Below, piece after piece: positions 19,296 through 29,442 of a DNA stretch of 64,000 bases. The DNA is from a bacterium (lineage in GTDB: Bacteria; UBA8248): contig OZ241875.1 of NCBI GenBank assembly GCA_965203325.1, positions 1,472,001-1,536,000 on the forward strand, in the 5' to 3' direction. Numbering within the stretch: the stretch's first letter is position 1; the number at the start of each line of letters is the position of its first letter. Position numbers and translations under genes: made by a program. The notes beneath the pieces were generated by a model. That model saw nothing but the letters and a program-made list of their open reading frames with translations, searched no databases and had not been told where the DNA came from.

Positions 19296-20402
19296 CTACT
19301 TGAACACCTTGAGCCACTCGCCGCGCACTGCCTTGAAGCTGCGCTGGGCGGCGACCCAGTCCTTGAGACCGATCAGCTTGACCTTGCTGAGGTCCATCAG
19401 GAACGGACGCACGTTCTCGGGCGGCGTGTAGTTCTCCCTAAAGGAGTAGATGGCCTCGTTGCCGACGTAGATGTCGGTGCCTTCCTTGGTCATCAGGAAC
19501 TCGAGCAGGAGCTTGCCCGCGTTGGGGTGCGGCGAGCCCTTGATCACGCCCGCCTGGTTGCCGAGCATGACCTGGCCTTCCTTGAAGTGGCTGGCCTTGA
19601 TGATCTTGGCGAGCGACGGTTTCTTGAGGACGTTCTGGTAGATGCGTCCCGTGAGGTTGAACATGTCGACCGGGCGCTCGCAGTTGATCACCGTCTGGAT
19701 GCGCGGCTCGGTGCGGAACATGACGATGGGCTTGGTGGCCTTCATCCGTTTCCAGAAATCGCTCATGTCCACGCCCGCCTCGGTCAGGCCGATGACGGTG
19801 TTGGTGGTCGTGAAGCTCTTGGTGATGTCGGTCACGATGGTCTTGCCCGTGAGCGAGGGGTGCACCACGTCGAACAGCGAGGTGACCTTGAAGTCCTTCA
19901 TGCCCGGACACGCGCTGTTCCACACGGGCTGGAAGCTGTAGGCGAGCGGCGTCACGATGTAGGGGTAGTTGTGGTACTGGCCGGCCCCCTCCACGACCTT
20001 GACGAGGTCTTTCCAGTTGCCGCTGTCGAGCTTCAGGAACGCGCCGCGCTTCACCGCCGCGTGGAAGAACCCGGGCGCGCTCACCAGGTGGATGTCCACC
20101 GTGAACTTGCCCGCCTTGATCTCCTGGCGCACCTGCGCGACGGTGGAACCCGTTCCCTTGCGCACGTTACGGAACCTGAAGCCGTCCCCCAGGCCGTAGC
20201 GCTTTATGAAGGCGGGGCCCATCACTTTGGAAGTCCGGTCGCTGAACAGCGGGTTGAGGATGACGACGCCGCCCTCTTTTTTCGCCGCCCGGATGAGCTT
20301 CTTCTCCTGCTCGGTGATCATGGCGGCTTGCGTGAGCGAAGCGCCCGCGACGCAGACCGCCGCCAGGATTGCGATGCCAAAGACAAAAAGTTTCTTTCTC
20401 AT
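19296..20402 (-). CDS. ABC transporter extracellular solute-binding protein (Fe3+/thiamine/polyamine-like fold), no permease nearby
   Basis: Signal peptide, LIRAAKKEG, SPHPNAGKLLLEFLMTKEG. Confidence 0.8.
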   Translation of the reverse strand: MRKKLFVFGIAILAAVCVAGASLTQAAMITEQEKKLIRAAKKEGGVVILNPLFSDRTSKVMGPAFIKRYGLGDGFRFRNVRKGTGSTVAQVRQEIKAGKFTVDIHLVSAPGFFHAAVKRGAFLKLDSGNWKDLVKVVEGAGQYHNYPYIVTPLAYSFQPVWNSACPGMKDFKVTSLFDVVHPSLTGKTIVTDITKSFTTTNTVIGLTEAGVDMSDFWKRMKATKPIVMFRTEPRIQTVINCERPVDMFNLTGRIYQNVLKKPSLAKIIKASHFKEGQVMLGNQAGVIKGSPHPNAGKLLLEFLMTKEGTDIYVGNEAIYSFRENYTPPENVRPFLMDLSKVKLIGLKDWVAAQRSFKAVRGEWLKVFK

Positions 20403-20441
20403 GTGCTTCCTCCTTCGGGGTGGTTGTTGGTCCATCAATCA

Positions 20442-21883
20442 TCAATCAGTCGGCGTTGGAGAACCGAAATAGCCGCCCCCGCTCAGGACGGCCTCTCTCC
20501 CGCCGTATCGCTCCACCAGGGCCGACTGATCGGCCCTGGCTTTTCTGTCTGCGGCCTCGGGGTCGACGACCCCCCGAAGTGCTGTTTCAAATTCTTCGAT
20601 AAGAGAATTGTAGCCCGGTTCCCGCGCGAGGTCGAACGTCTCTTCAGGGTCGCTTTCGAGGTCGAAAAGCTCGGGCGCGAAGTCCACATAGTGGATGTAC
20701 TTGTACCGCCCGCGCCTCAGCATATACCCGCCCGTGGGCGCACCCGCCGCGTGGTATTCGCTGAAGACGGCGCGCTCGGGATCATCTGCACAGCCCGCGA
20801 GGCCAAACCACGATTCGCCGGGCAGTTCGCGCTTTTCTTCTTCGGTCAACTCCTCCCCCACGGCGGCCAGGATGGTGGGATAGGCGTCGGCGAGAGATAC
20901 CGCCGTCCGGCATACCTTCCCCGGGGGACGTCCGGCCCCGCCAGCACGAGCGGCACAGCGGCCGATTCCTCATAGAGCGTGCTCTTGCCCCAGATGCCGC
21001 GCTTGCCCAGGCTCTCGCCGTGGTCGCTCGCGTAGACCACGCGGGTTTTATCGTCCAAGCCAGCCGCCTCGATAGCGCCCAGCACCGCGCCTACGTTCGC
21101 GTCCATGAACGAGCACATCCCGAAATAGGACGCGACCGCCACGCGGCGTTTCTCCTCGTCCATGTAATCGTCATACGGCCAGGCCTTTCGTATCGCGCGC
21201 ACCCAGGGGTGGTGCGTCGGGTCGTCGGCGGATTTGAGCGGAGACAGCGGCATTTCCTCCGCCGGGTACATCGCATAGAACTCGGGCGGCGCCACGAGCG
21301 GGTAGTGCGGCGCGAGGAAGGAGACGAAGAGCACCCAAGGCCGCTCGCCATCCCGCCCGCCCGCCTCTTCTATCCACTCACACGCCCGCTCGGCGATCTG
21401 CCTGTCGTAGCGCAGGACGCTCGAATCGCCCGGTCCCAACTGCTGGGCGAGTCCCTTGGTGGCGGTCTTGGGCGGCATCTCGGCGCGGAGCGCACCCGCG
21501 AGGTCGCCGCGTCCGTCCTTGACGTGCATGGGGAGGATTTGATCGTCCAGACCGGTGGGGTCTGTCGTGTTGCGGTAATGGAGCTTCCCGATCGAGACCA
21601 CCCGGTGGCCGGTGGCCTGCAGGCGGTGCCCCCAGCCGGGGACCCGGCCGTCGTAGGGGTGGGCATTGTCCCAGTAGCCGGTCTCGTGCGCGTAGCGGCC
21701 CGTGGCGAAACTCGCCCGCGCGGGCACGCAGATGGGGCAGTTCGTATAGGCGGCCGTGAAGCGCGTGCCCGACGCCGCGAGGGCGTCGATGTGGGGCGTC
21801 TTCACGATCTCGTGTCCGCAGCAGCCGAGGGTCCGCGCGTTGTGCTCGTCGGACATGATGAAGACGAAATGAAGCGGTTCCAT
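20442..21883 (-). pseudogene. Choline-sulfatase-like sulfatase with one frameshift near 20925
   Basis: SDEH, CVPARAS (CxPxR), GKLH, SDHGE, GKSTLYEES; after GPDVP the alternative frame reads GKVCRTAVSLADAYPTIL and continues into ORF 20442-20861 (FSEYHA, ELFDLESDPEE). Confidence 0.8.
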
Positions 21884-22203
21884 TCATGAGTCCCGAAAAT
21901 GACGCCAATGTCATGATGAATGCGCCGTTGCATGTTACCACAGAGCGGGGATTTTCAACCTGGGACGGCACAGGCTACAGGGGCAACCCCGCTGATAGGC
22001 GGCTCCGAAGAAAACAACCAGCGGAATTGCTCCAGCTGTTCCGCGCGAATCAACCAAGAGGGATGCTTCCAAGTGAAGACGCCTGACGGCCCGCCCCCCG
22101 TTCCCCGATTCCCCACTTGCTCTATAATCTTACTGAAGACCCAAGAAGCGGGAGACCCATTGCTGCACGAGTAGACCACACGAGGAACACGAGGAGACCC
22201 GAG

Positions 22204-22641
22204 ATGCGCTTAAAGACCCGACTCATCCTATGCGGAATCATCACCCTCATTCTTGCGCTCGCGACGACTGCGTCGGCGTTCGAGCAGCGCATTCCGGCGC
22301 GGGTGACGAGAGTCATCGACGGCGACACCTTCAAGGTTGAGGCCAGGGTGTGGCCGGGCATCACCGCGCAGAGCAACGTGCGCGTGCGGGGCGTCGACAC
22401 GCCCGAGATCAGGCGCGCGAAGTGCGGCGAATACGAGCGACGGAGGGGCCTGGCTGCGCGCGATTTCGTGCGGGGCGTCATCGGCGAGCGCGTCTGGCTC
22501 GTCAACGTGACGCACGGCAAGTTCGGCCGCCGCGTCATCGCCGGCGTTTTGCTGGCGGACGGTCGCGACCTCGCCACGCTGCTCCTCGCCACCGGCCACG
22601 CCCTGCCCTACCGGGGCGGACGCCGCCCGAGGTGGTGTTGA
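22204..22641 (+). CDS. Thermonuclease (SNase) family protein with signal peptide
   Basis: RVIDGDT, VRVRGVDTPE, GKFGRRVIA. Confidence 0.88.
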   Translation: MRLKTRLILCGIITLILALATTASAFEQRIPARVTRVIDGDTFKVEARVWPGITAQSNVRVRGVDTPEIRRAKCGEYERRRGLAARDFVRGVIGERVWLVNVTHGKFGRRVIAGVLLADGRDLATLLLATGHALPYRGGRRPRWC

Positions 22642-22649
22642 GGGATCAA

Positions 22650-22697
22650 ACGCGAGTGGAGAACGAGTGTTTGACGCGAGTGGAGAACGAGCGTTTG
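22650..22697. repeat. 24-bp tandem duplication
   Basis: ACGCGAGTGGAGAACGAGTGTTTG / ACGCGAGTGGAGAACGAGCGTTTG (1 mismatch). Confidence 0.9.
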
Positions 22698-22797
22698 CAG
22701 GTTTTCCGACTGATGAAGAAGTGGTTCCGCAGAGGTGTAATATTTCCTCGAAGAGAGGGAATTAGAGAGAGCCTCCCTTCGTCAATGCAAGCGCAAC

Positions 22798-24525
22798 TCA
22801 ACACTCAGGCTTGGCGCTCTCCGCAACGCGGACAATCGCATCCAGCTTTTCTGTGATCTCAGGATCGATTTCCTCTTCAGGAACATAGGAAGCGAGTTCG
22901 TAAAACTGCTTCTTGGCCATGAGATTGGGTAATTCGAGTTTGTCGAAATACGACTTGAACAACGGGGTGAGAAATTCATCGCTTGCCTTGATGTCGGCTC
23001 CCCAAGGCGACCCCTTGTCGAGTCTCTCCAAGGCCCCTTCTATCTCGGCAATCGCTTCTTGCATCGCCCCTAGCCGTCTATCGACTTGCGGTGTGAAAAG
23101 GGTCTCTTCTTCTAAGTCCACTGAGCCTCGCGCATAGGCTTCCAAGGTCGCCTGGGTGCAGAAATAGTTTTCAATCTCAGACTTTTTCCACATCAGACAC
23201 CTAAGAGTCCCGCTTTCCGGCATACCGGCCTGGAGTCGGTCGAAGAGCGCCAGGCCCTTTAGCTCCGGACACGCTTCTCTCAGGCCGTGATAGTGATGCG
23301 CCGCCTGTAGCGGCTGATTGCCAACATAATGTACGAAGGGCCGTTCCAACGCCTTCATCGCCCTTTCATGGCCGAGGCGACTTGCGAAAGCCCGCAATAC
23401 CGCCAAATCCGTAGAGCCTTCAAGATAGAGCACCCAACCGGTCTGTTGGGCTTGATAATACTGATCGAATCCGATCTCGCGGAGCGCCTTTTGGACCTGG
23501 CTTCCCTTGTCGTCGATTCGGTGGGGCGAACCGACGAAAGCGATAACCATATCCTTGCCTGCGGCTTCGTTCAAAAGAACTTCCGAGTGACTTGCCGCGA
23601 TGATCTGGTTGCCGCGTTCTTCCGCTACATCTGTGATCAACTTGTAGATTTGCCGTTGCCTGAGGATTTCCAGATGCGCGTCGGGTTCATCCAAAAGGAC
23701 AATCGCACCGGGATTCGCGTACATATAAGCCAATAGCAACAGAGTTTGCTGCAACCCCCGTCCGCTGGAGGAGAGATCAAGCAGGGTTTCATTCTCTCGA
23801 TAATCCATCACTATCTCACCCCGCTCCGCTACATAGCGGGGGTCGTTTAGCTTAGACCCGAAGAGGTCGTCGATCTGTATTACCAATTCTTTCCATCGCT
23901 CAGGATCATCGTTTTTCACCTTGAAGCAAAGATTACGCAAAACCTCTGCCGTGCGCCCTTCACCCACCCGCACGTTCACCGCCCCTACGTCGAGCCGCGT
24001 CTCCGTCGCCGCTAGACCGGACATTGGGGGAAGGAAAGCAATTTGTGTTGAACCGGCCTCCTTGGGAATCGGCATACGATCAGGCGATTTACCTTCCCCG
24101 AGGCGCAGAGGCCGGCAATAGAACGACTCGGGGTTCGCGTAGTCGAATTCGAGGCCGCAAGTCCACGCCTCGTCTTGAGTGATTCCCTCGACGATGAGGT
24201 CAATCCGTATGTTATCTGTCCGCTGACTCCCTTCGATTTTCTGCACAACCCTTGTATGGAGTTCTCGCCACAAGAGAGCCGCGTTTGGAACGGGAATGGC
24301 CAGGAGATCTCTGCGGTTGATGGTGACGCCCGGACGATTCTCCGGCGTAGTTTTCCCCGAGCGTTTCTCGTTCCAGCGCTTCAGGCCGATATCCCAAAGG
24401 GCCAAAGCCTGCATGGCGGAGGTCTTACCCGAATTGTTCGGGCCGATGAATACCACGGGGTTCCCCAACTCGACCTCAACCTCGTCAAAGCGTTTGAAGT
24501 TGCGGGCTGTGAGTTTGGTGAGCAT
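22798..24525 (-). CDS. ABC-type ATPase with TOPRIM-like C-terminus (OLD-like)
   Basis: NFKRF, GPNNSGKT, LSSSGRG, LLDEPDAHLE, ASHS; YLEGSTD and EIENY in the C-terminal half. Confidence 0.78.
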   Translation of the reverse strand: MLTKLTARNFKRFDEVEVELGNPVVFIGPNNSGKTSAMQALALWDIGLKRWNEKRSGKTTPENRPGVTINRRDLLAIPVPNAALLWRELHTRVVQKIEGSQRTDNIRIDLIVEGITQDEAWTCGLEFDYANPESFYCRPLRLGEGKSPDRMPIPKEAGSTQIAFLPPMSGLAATETRLDVGAVNVRVGEGRTAEVLRNLCFKVKNDDPERWKELVIQIDDLFGSKLNDPRYVAERGEIVMDYRENETLLDLSSSGRGLQQTLLLLAYMYANPGAIVLLDEPDAHLEILRQRQIYKLITDVAEERGNQIIAASHSEVLLNEAAGKDMVIAFVGSPHRIDDKGSQVQKALREIGFDQYYQAQQTGWVLYLEGSTDLAVLRAFASRLGHERAMKALERPFVHYVGNQPLQAAHHYHGLREACPELKGLALFDRLQAGMPESGTLRCLMWKKSEIENYFCTQATLEAYARGSVDLEEETLFTPQVDRRLGAMQEAIAEIEGALERLDKGSPWGADIKASDEFLTPLFKSYFDKLELPNLMAKKQFYELASYVPEEEIDPEITEKLDAIVRVAESAKPEC

Positions 24526-24671
24526 GGGAGAACTCCTCCGCAATTCGTTCTACGAACTGCGTGCGCTTGAACTTATCTACAACATATCACGATGGGCGGT
24601 GAGAACAGGAATACTACAACATTAAACCGGATTTTATCGGCTGAGACTAGCCCGGAAGGACGGTTGCAACC

Positions 24672-24892
24672 TCACCCCAAAACCTCTTTACACGCCGCCT
24701 CGATGTGCGCTTGTCCGATCTGTAAGGCGTCGTAGACTTCGTGCGGGAGGCCGCTCCGGCCGAACTGGTCGGCGCCCGGCGCGCCGCCGAGGAAAGAGAG
24801 CGCGAGCGAATGCCCATCCAGCACGGAGACGACCGGGTTGTCGCGGTGCGCATCACCCACCATCATCTCGAGGCGCGAGGGGCGCCCCGTTT
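24672..24892 (-). repeat. Diverged copy of the last ~220 bp of the TPP-enzyme gene ending at 30339
   Basis: Encodes RPSRLEMMVGDAHRDNPVVSVLDGHSLALSFLGG...HIEAACKEVLG*; 21-bp deletion between CTGGTCGG direct repeats relative to the gene. Confidence 0.92.
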
Positions 24893-24975
24893 GGCTTCCA
24901 GGACCGTATTCACCGCGCGCTCCGCCTCGGCCTTAGGCAGCGAGCCCTGCTCCGTGGCGGGGGCCGCGATATCCT
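24893..24975 (-). pseudogene. Possible HU (histone-like protein) N-terminal fragment
   Basis: Hand translation DIAAPATEQGSLPKAEAERAVNTVLEA resembles HU helices 1-2. Confidence 0.4.
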
Positions 24976-25228
24976 GTGCAAGCAACGGCTTTGGGCATGG
25001 GCTTCCATGGTTCGACTCTACGATATGCAGCCCGGATTCGAGCGTAATCAGGAGCTCTGTCAGCCGCAGGAGTCAAGCATTGCCGCATCGCACGTTCCTG
25101 GTGGTGCGGATGCGTTCCTGTGAACATACCGGGCTGTTGCGACAAAGCGCAGAATGCAGATAACATTTAGGATCATCCACTCCGGCCTTGGCCGGTTGGT
25201 TTGCGTTTACCGGGAAAGGGGAATTTCG

Positions 25229-27703
25229 ATGAAGATCGCTTTGGCGGCAGCCGCCGCTTATGCAGCGCTGGCGGTGATGATAGCCCATGCCGGACCACTC
25301 GCGCCGGCGCCACAGGTCATCGCCGAATACGACCGCAAGTTCATCGAGCGCTCGGGCGCCCAGACGATCGAGGAGCTGTTGGACACCGGCATCATCCGCT
25401 ACTTTTTCACCGGGGGACGGGATCTGCTCGTCCTGGTGAACGGCAGACCCTATGCCACCACCGGCCATAACCTGGATTCCCTGCCGCTCTCGGCCGTGGA
25501 GCGCATCGAGGTTCTGAGAGGCGAGAGTCTGAGCACGCTGGGCGGCCACGCCGCCATAAACGGCGCGTTCAATATCGTGCTCAGAAAGGACCTGGACGGC
25601 TTCGAGGCGCGGACGGTTACGCGGATGCCGAGCAAGGACGGTGGTGACGGCTGGCAGGGCAGCCTCTTCTGGGGCGGCGCGGTCGGCAAGGGAGGACGCA
25701 TGACCATCGGCGTGGACGTGCTGGACCGCCAGGAAATCCTCGGAAAGGACCGGGAACACAGCCGCTCCGAGTGGGTCGAGGGTGGCAGCTTCAGCGAAGC
25801 CAAGAATATCAGCGTCGGTGGCAACACCGTCTATGTCTCCCGGATAGACGACCAGGGAGCATTCGCCGGCTTGAGGTCGCTGCCACTGGGGGACTGCGAC
25901 CCGTCGCTAGGCTATGTCGGCCCGCTCAGCAATCCGCCCGGTATCCGCACGGGCGACGAGGGCTGTGGTTACGCCTATGGAAACATCTGGTGGGACACGC
26001 CCAGCTATGAGCAGAAGAGTGCCGTCCTGAACCTGGAGCATCCCCTCGGAGAGGACGCCGAATTCCATCTGGACGCGAACATCAGGCAGGGCCGCGGGGC
26101 GTTCCGCTACGCGCCGTCGATCGACGTGTTTTCCTTTACGCCGAACGAGACGTTGCTGGATGAGCTCAGGAGAGCAGCTGACCCCGACTTCCAGTTGGGA
26201 GAAAACGACGAGTTCGTCGTGGGGCACCGCTTCATCGGCCACGGCAACCGTGACTGGGTGACGGACACCGAGGAATACGACATTTCCGCAAGCGTTGAGG
26301 GTCGTCTGGCTGAAGGTCTCGGCTATGATGTGCGCGTCAGCGCCTCCCGGCTGGACTATTCCGTGTCCGGCGACACCTTCGTGCATGCCGGCAGGATCAG
26401 GGAAGAGATCACGAGTGGGAATTACAACCTCGTGAACCCGTTGGACCCGCGTAATTCCGCAGCGATCGAGAACAGCAGCTTGCAGGAGGAGGAGAATGCC
26501 AGTTCGGAGTATCTTGGCGCCCGGCTGGCGCTGGAGGGCACGGGCTTCGCTATCGGCGGGCGCCAGACGGCATGGACCGCGGGGGTCGAACTGGGGAGCG
26601 CGGACGCGCACCGTCTCCTGGTCTTTCGGGACAAGGACGGCCATACCCATAAAGTGACCGAGGTGCTCGGTTCCGGCGGAACCAGCTATGCCGGCAAGCG
26701 CGACATCGCCGCGGCCGTCGCGGAGATGTCCCTGCCGCTGACCGAGGATCTGGAAATCAGGGTCGGTGGACGCGGCGATGAATACGACGATATCGGCGGA
26801 TTGGAATCGTGGCGTTTCGGAGCCGAATACCGGCTGACCGGCATCGTCACGCTGCGCGGCTCGTGGAGCGCAGGCGAGACGGCGCCCTCGATGCGGCATA
26901 TCTACAGCGACGCGTCGCAGGACCACCCTTATGTCGTTTGCGACCCCGGGAGCGGACCGCCGCCCCGCACATGCGATAGTCCGAACTACCGGCAGGTGAC
27001 GCGCGAGACGAGCGGCAACCCGGGTCTCGACCCTTCAGGCTCCGAGATGCTCTCTTTCGGCGCCGAGGCCCGCAAAGGGCCGTTCTATCTCGTCGCGGAC
27101 TGGTACCGGCTCGCAACATCCGACCAGTCGGGGCAGAACAGAGCCACCTGGGCCATGTTGAACCTGCAAGAATGCCAGGGCGGTAACCGGAAGGACTGCA
27201 TCGAGCGCATCGGCGGCGACATCACCATACACGACAGCTTTGCGAACATTGTCGATACGGAGATTTCGGGCGTGAATTTCCGTTACGGCGCGCGCATGAG
27301 AATGGATTGGGGCGTTATCGGAATGCGCGGGTTCTGGCGGCACGTCATCAGCACCAAACAGCAAATCGCGGGCGAAAAGCGGCGGTTTCCCCTCCCCCGG
27401 GATGCCGTGCGCGTCGTCGTCTCGGCCGGGCGCGGCAATCTCACCGCTTTCTGGTCCACGAACTACCGCTCCGAAATCGAGAATCAGTCGGACGAAGGGA
27501 GGTTCAAGTCCTGGACCGGCCACGATGTAACACTCGACTGGAAGCGGCCGCTGGGGCTGGAAAACGTTCGGGTGACCGCGGGCGTGTACAACGTCACCGA
27601 TTCCAAGCTCTCGACGAATACAGCCAACCCCTCCGTTACGGACGGACCCAGAGCGGCCGGTTGGGGCCGCACCTTTTTCCTCACCCTCAACATGCGGTTC
27701 TGA
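25229..27703 (+). CDS. TonB-dependent receptor
   Basis: Plug motifs LVLVNGRP, PLSAVERIEVLRG; barrel strands; GVYNVTD and C-terminal FFLTLNMRF. Confidence 0.9.
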   Translation: MKIALAAAAAYAALAVMIAHAGPLAPAPQVIAEYDRKFIERSGAQTIEELLDTGIIRYFFTGGRDLLVLVNGRPYATTGHNLDSLPLSAVERIEVLRGESLSTLGGHAAINGAFNIVLRKDLDGFEARTVTRMPSKDGGDGWQGSLFWGGAVGKGGRMTIGVDVLDRQEILGKDREHSRSEWVEGGSFSEAKNISVGGNTVYVSRIDDQGAFAGLRSLPLGDCDPSLGYVGPLSNPPGIRTGDEGCGYAYGNIWWDTPSYEQKSAVLNLEHPLGEDAEFHLDANIRQGRGAFRYAPSIDVFSFTPNETLLDELRRAADPDFQLGENDEFVVGHRFIGHGNRDWVTDTEEYDISASVEGRLAEGLGYDVRVSASRLDYSVSGDTFVHAGRIREEITSGNYNLVNPLDPRNSAAIENSSLQEEENASSEYLGARLALEGTGFAIGGRQTAWTAGVELGSADAHRLLVFRDKDGHTHKVTEVLGSGGTSYAGKRDIAAAVAEMSLPLTEDLEIRVGGRGDEYDDIGGLESWRFGAEYRLTGIVTLRGSWSAGETAPSMRHIYSDASQDHPYVVCDPGSGPPPRTCDSPNYRQVTRETSGNPGLDPSGSEMLSFGAEARKGPFYLVADWYRLATSDQSGQNRATWAMLNLQECQGGNRKDCIERIGGDITIHDSFANIVDTEISGVNFRYGARMRMDWGVIGMRGFWRHVISTKQQIAGEKRRFPLPRDAVRVVVSAGRGNLTAFWSTNYRSEIENQSDEGRFKSWTGHDVTLDWKRPLGLENVRVTAGVYNVTDSKLSTNTANPSVTDGPRAAGWGRTFFLTLNMRF

Positions 27704-27857
27704 GGATCCGTTCGAGAATGTTCAGGGACAGAGGATGGAGCGGAATCCGGTCGATGATGAATGCGGTTTTCCTATAACTCCATCCCCCGATCCGATCGGG
27801 TCTTCTCCATCGCCGGCTGCCGCCCTTCGCCCGGATGCAGCGTTCCCTTCTGCTTTT

Positions 27858-27980
27858 CCGTCACGAGTTCCGCCCGGTCCCGGGCGCGGCTGATCTCGAC
27901 GTATAACGTCTTCTGGGTGGTGAACCCGGGGTGGTTCGCCTTCATCGCGGCGATGACGGTATCGAGCGTGCGGCCCATCA
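27858..27980 (-). pseudogene. Fragment of a TrwC/TraI conjugative relaxase-helicase C-terminus
   Basis: GRTLDTVIAAMKANHPGFTTQKTLYVEISRARDRAELVT matches SF1 helicase motifs V-VI of MOBF relaxases. Confidence 0.7.
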
Positions 27981-28081
27981 TCTTCCACAAGCTGGGTCGC
28001 GACTCCGCCGCCGCCGGGCGCCACCCTGTACCCGGGTGGCGGGGACGGCGATACAGGCGTGGGGAACAGTCGCTCACGCCG

Positions 28082-29251
28082 CTACTCCAACGCGCAGCCT
28101 TTGCGCTCCCGGCGCAGGCAGCCGAGGTTGCGGTGGAACACCGCCGCCTGCGCCCGCGCGAAGCCGGCCGGGCCGGAGCCGTTCTCCCGGCTGTCTTGGT
28201 ACCGCGCCCAGTCGCCCTCGTTCCCCTCGCGCCAGTAGCCGCCCAGGATCTGCGCGGGCAGGGGCTTGAGCTCGGGCAGGGTGTTGTAGCGGGCCCCGGG
28301 CGGGCCGTCGCGGCCGGGCAACAGGCGGCGCTCGCCGAGGTAGCCGTGGAACGAGTAGAAGGCGTCGGAGCCGGGGAGGAAGGCGAGCTCGTAGTCGACG
28401 GTGCGGTCCGGTTCGGTGATGTCGTCCGCCGACATCATCGGCCGCGTGCCGAAACCCATCATGAAGGCCCTGGCGTCATGGTCCAGAAACCGCACCGCCC
28501 GGCGCGCCTTTCGCCCTGGAACGTGGGGGTACAGCTCGTTCGAGCGGATGGCCACGTCGACCTCGAAGCGTCCGTCGGGCCCGGGCGCCACCGACTCGCC
28601 GACCAGGTAGGTGCGCAGGTAGTTGTGCTGCTGCAGGGTCAGGGCGACGGGGCGCCCATCCGCGGCCAGGACCACGAACGCGGCGGTGTAGTGGTCGAGC
28701 TGGTGCCAGTCGTCGAGGTCCGCCACCAGCCGGAGCGGTATGGCCGCGACCGGGGATAGTCCCGCCGGCAGGCCGCTCACCCGGAACACCAGGTGGTAGG
28801 TGAGGACGGTGAATTCCCCGGCCGACCGGTCCGCCTCCTTCGGCGCCCACAGGCCGGTGCGCTCCACCGCGGCGTAGACGAGGGGCCGGGGCTCGGCCCC
28901 GCCCGGCACGTGCGTGAACTCGGCGCGGGCGTCGTCGCGGTAGCGGTTCAGGTCACCGGCGGTGGGGCCGTCGATGCGAACGCCGTCGCCCGTTACCAGG
29001 TAGCCGTGGGCGATGTAGTCGCGGTAGAAGTCGATGGGACCTTCGTGGCCGGCGGGCAGGTGGAAGCGCGGCGCGTGGCGGCGGGCCAGGGCCCGGTCGG
29101 CCGGACCGGCGGCGTCGGCCGGAGGGTTGGCCGCGAAATACTCGGCGAACCCGGGGCGCTGCGAGAAGTTGCCGTCGGCGGCGGCGGGGCCGGCCCACGC
29201 GCAGATCAGCACAAGCCCCGCGAGACAGCCGATCATGTATACGTAACGCAT
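28082..29251 (-). CDS. Secreted hypothetical protein
   Basis: 389-aa ORF, strong GC3 bias, signal peptide ending AGPAAA. Confidence 0.75.
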   Translation of the reverse strand: MRYVYMIGCLAGLVLICAWAGPAAADGNFSQRPGFAEYFAANPPADAAGPADRALARRHAPRFHLPAGHEGPIDFYRDYIAHGYLVTGDGVRIDGPTAGDLNRYRDDARAEFTHVPGGAEPRPLVYAAVERTGLWAPKEADRSAGEFTVLTYHLVFRVSGLPAGLSPVAAIPLRLVADLDDWHQLDHYTAAFVVLAADGRPVALTLQQHNYLRTYLVGESVAPGPDGRFEVDVAIRSNELYPHVPGRKARRAVRFLDHDARAFMMGFGTRPMMSADDITEPDRTVDYELAFLPGSDAFYSFHGYLGERRLLPGRDGPPGARYNTLPELKPLPAQILGGYWREGNEGDWARYQDSRENGSGPAGFARAQAAVFHRNLGCLRRERKGCALE

Positions 29252-29299
29252 CACATCACCGCGGAATGCCTGTGAACCCAGGTTTTCGGCCTTGTTGTG

Positions 29300-29398
29300 C
29301 GCGTTTCCAATTCCCCCTACCCCAAAACCTCCCGGCACGCCGCCTCGATGTGCGCTTGTCCGATTTGCAAGGCGTCGTAGACCTCGTGCGGGAGGCCG
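29300..29398 (-). repeat. Second copy of the 3' end (about 80 bp plus about 20 bp past the stop) of the TPP-enzyme gene
   Basis: GCGTTTCCAATTCCCCCTACCCCAAAACCTCCCGGCACGCCGCCTCGA...GGGAGGCCG versus 30322-30420. Confidence 0.92.
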
Positions 29399-29442
29399 TA
29401 AATAGATTGTCGAATTGCATCAACCGAAAATGCGGATACGGG

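Noticed and set aside
22650..22697. CRISPR mini-array
   Set aside because: Two adjacent repeats with no spacer and no cas genes.
24672..24866. 64-aa ORF as an independent gene
   Set aside because: It is a duplicated gene tail with an internal deletion; treated as a repeat.
24900..25228. Cobalamin or other riboswitch upstream of the TonB receptor
   Set aside because: No conserved B12-box or other aptamer motifs recognised by eye; an Infernal scan would be needed.
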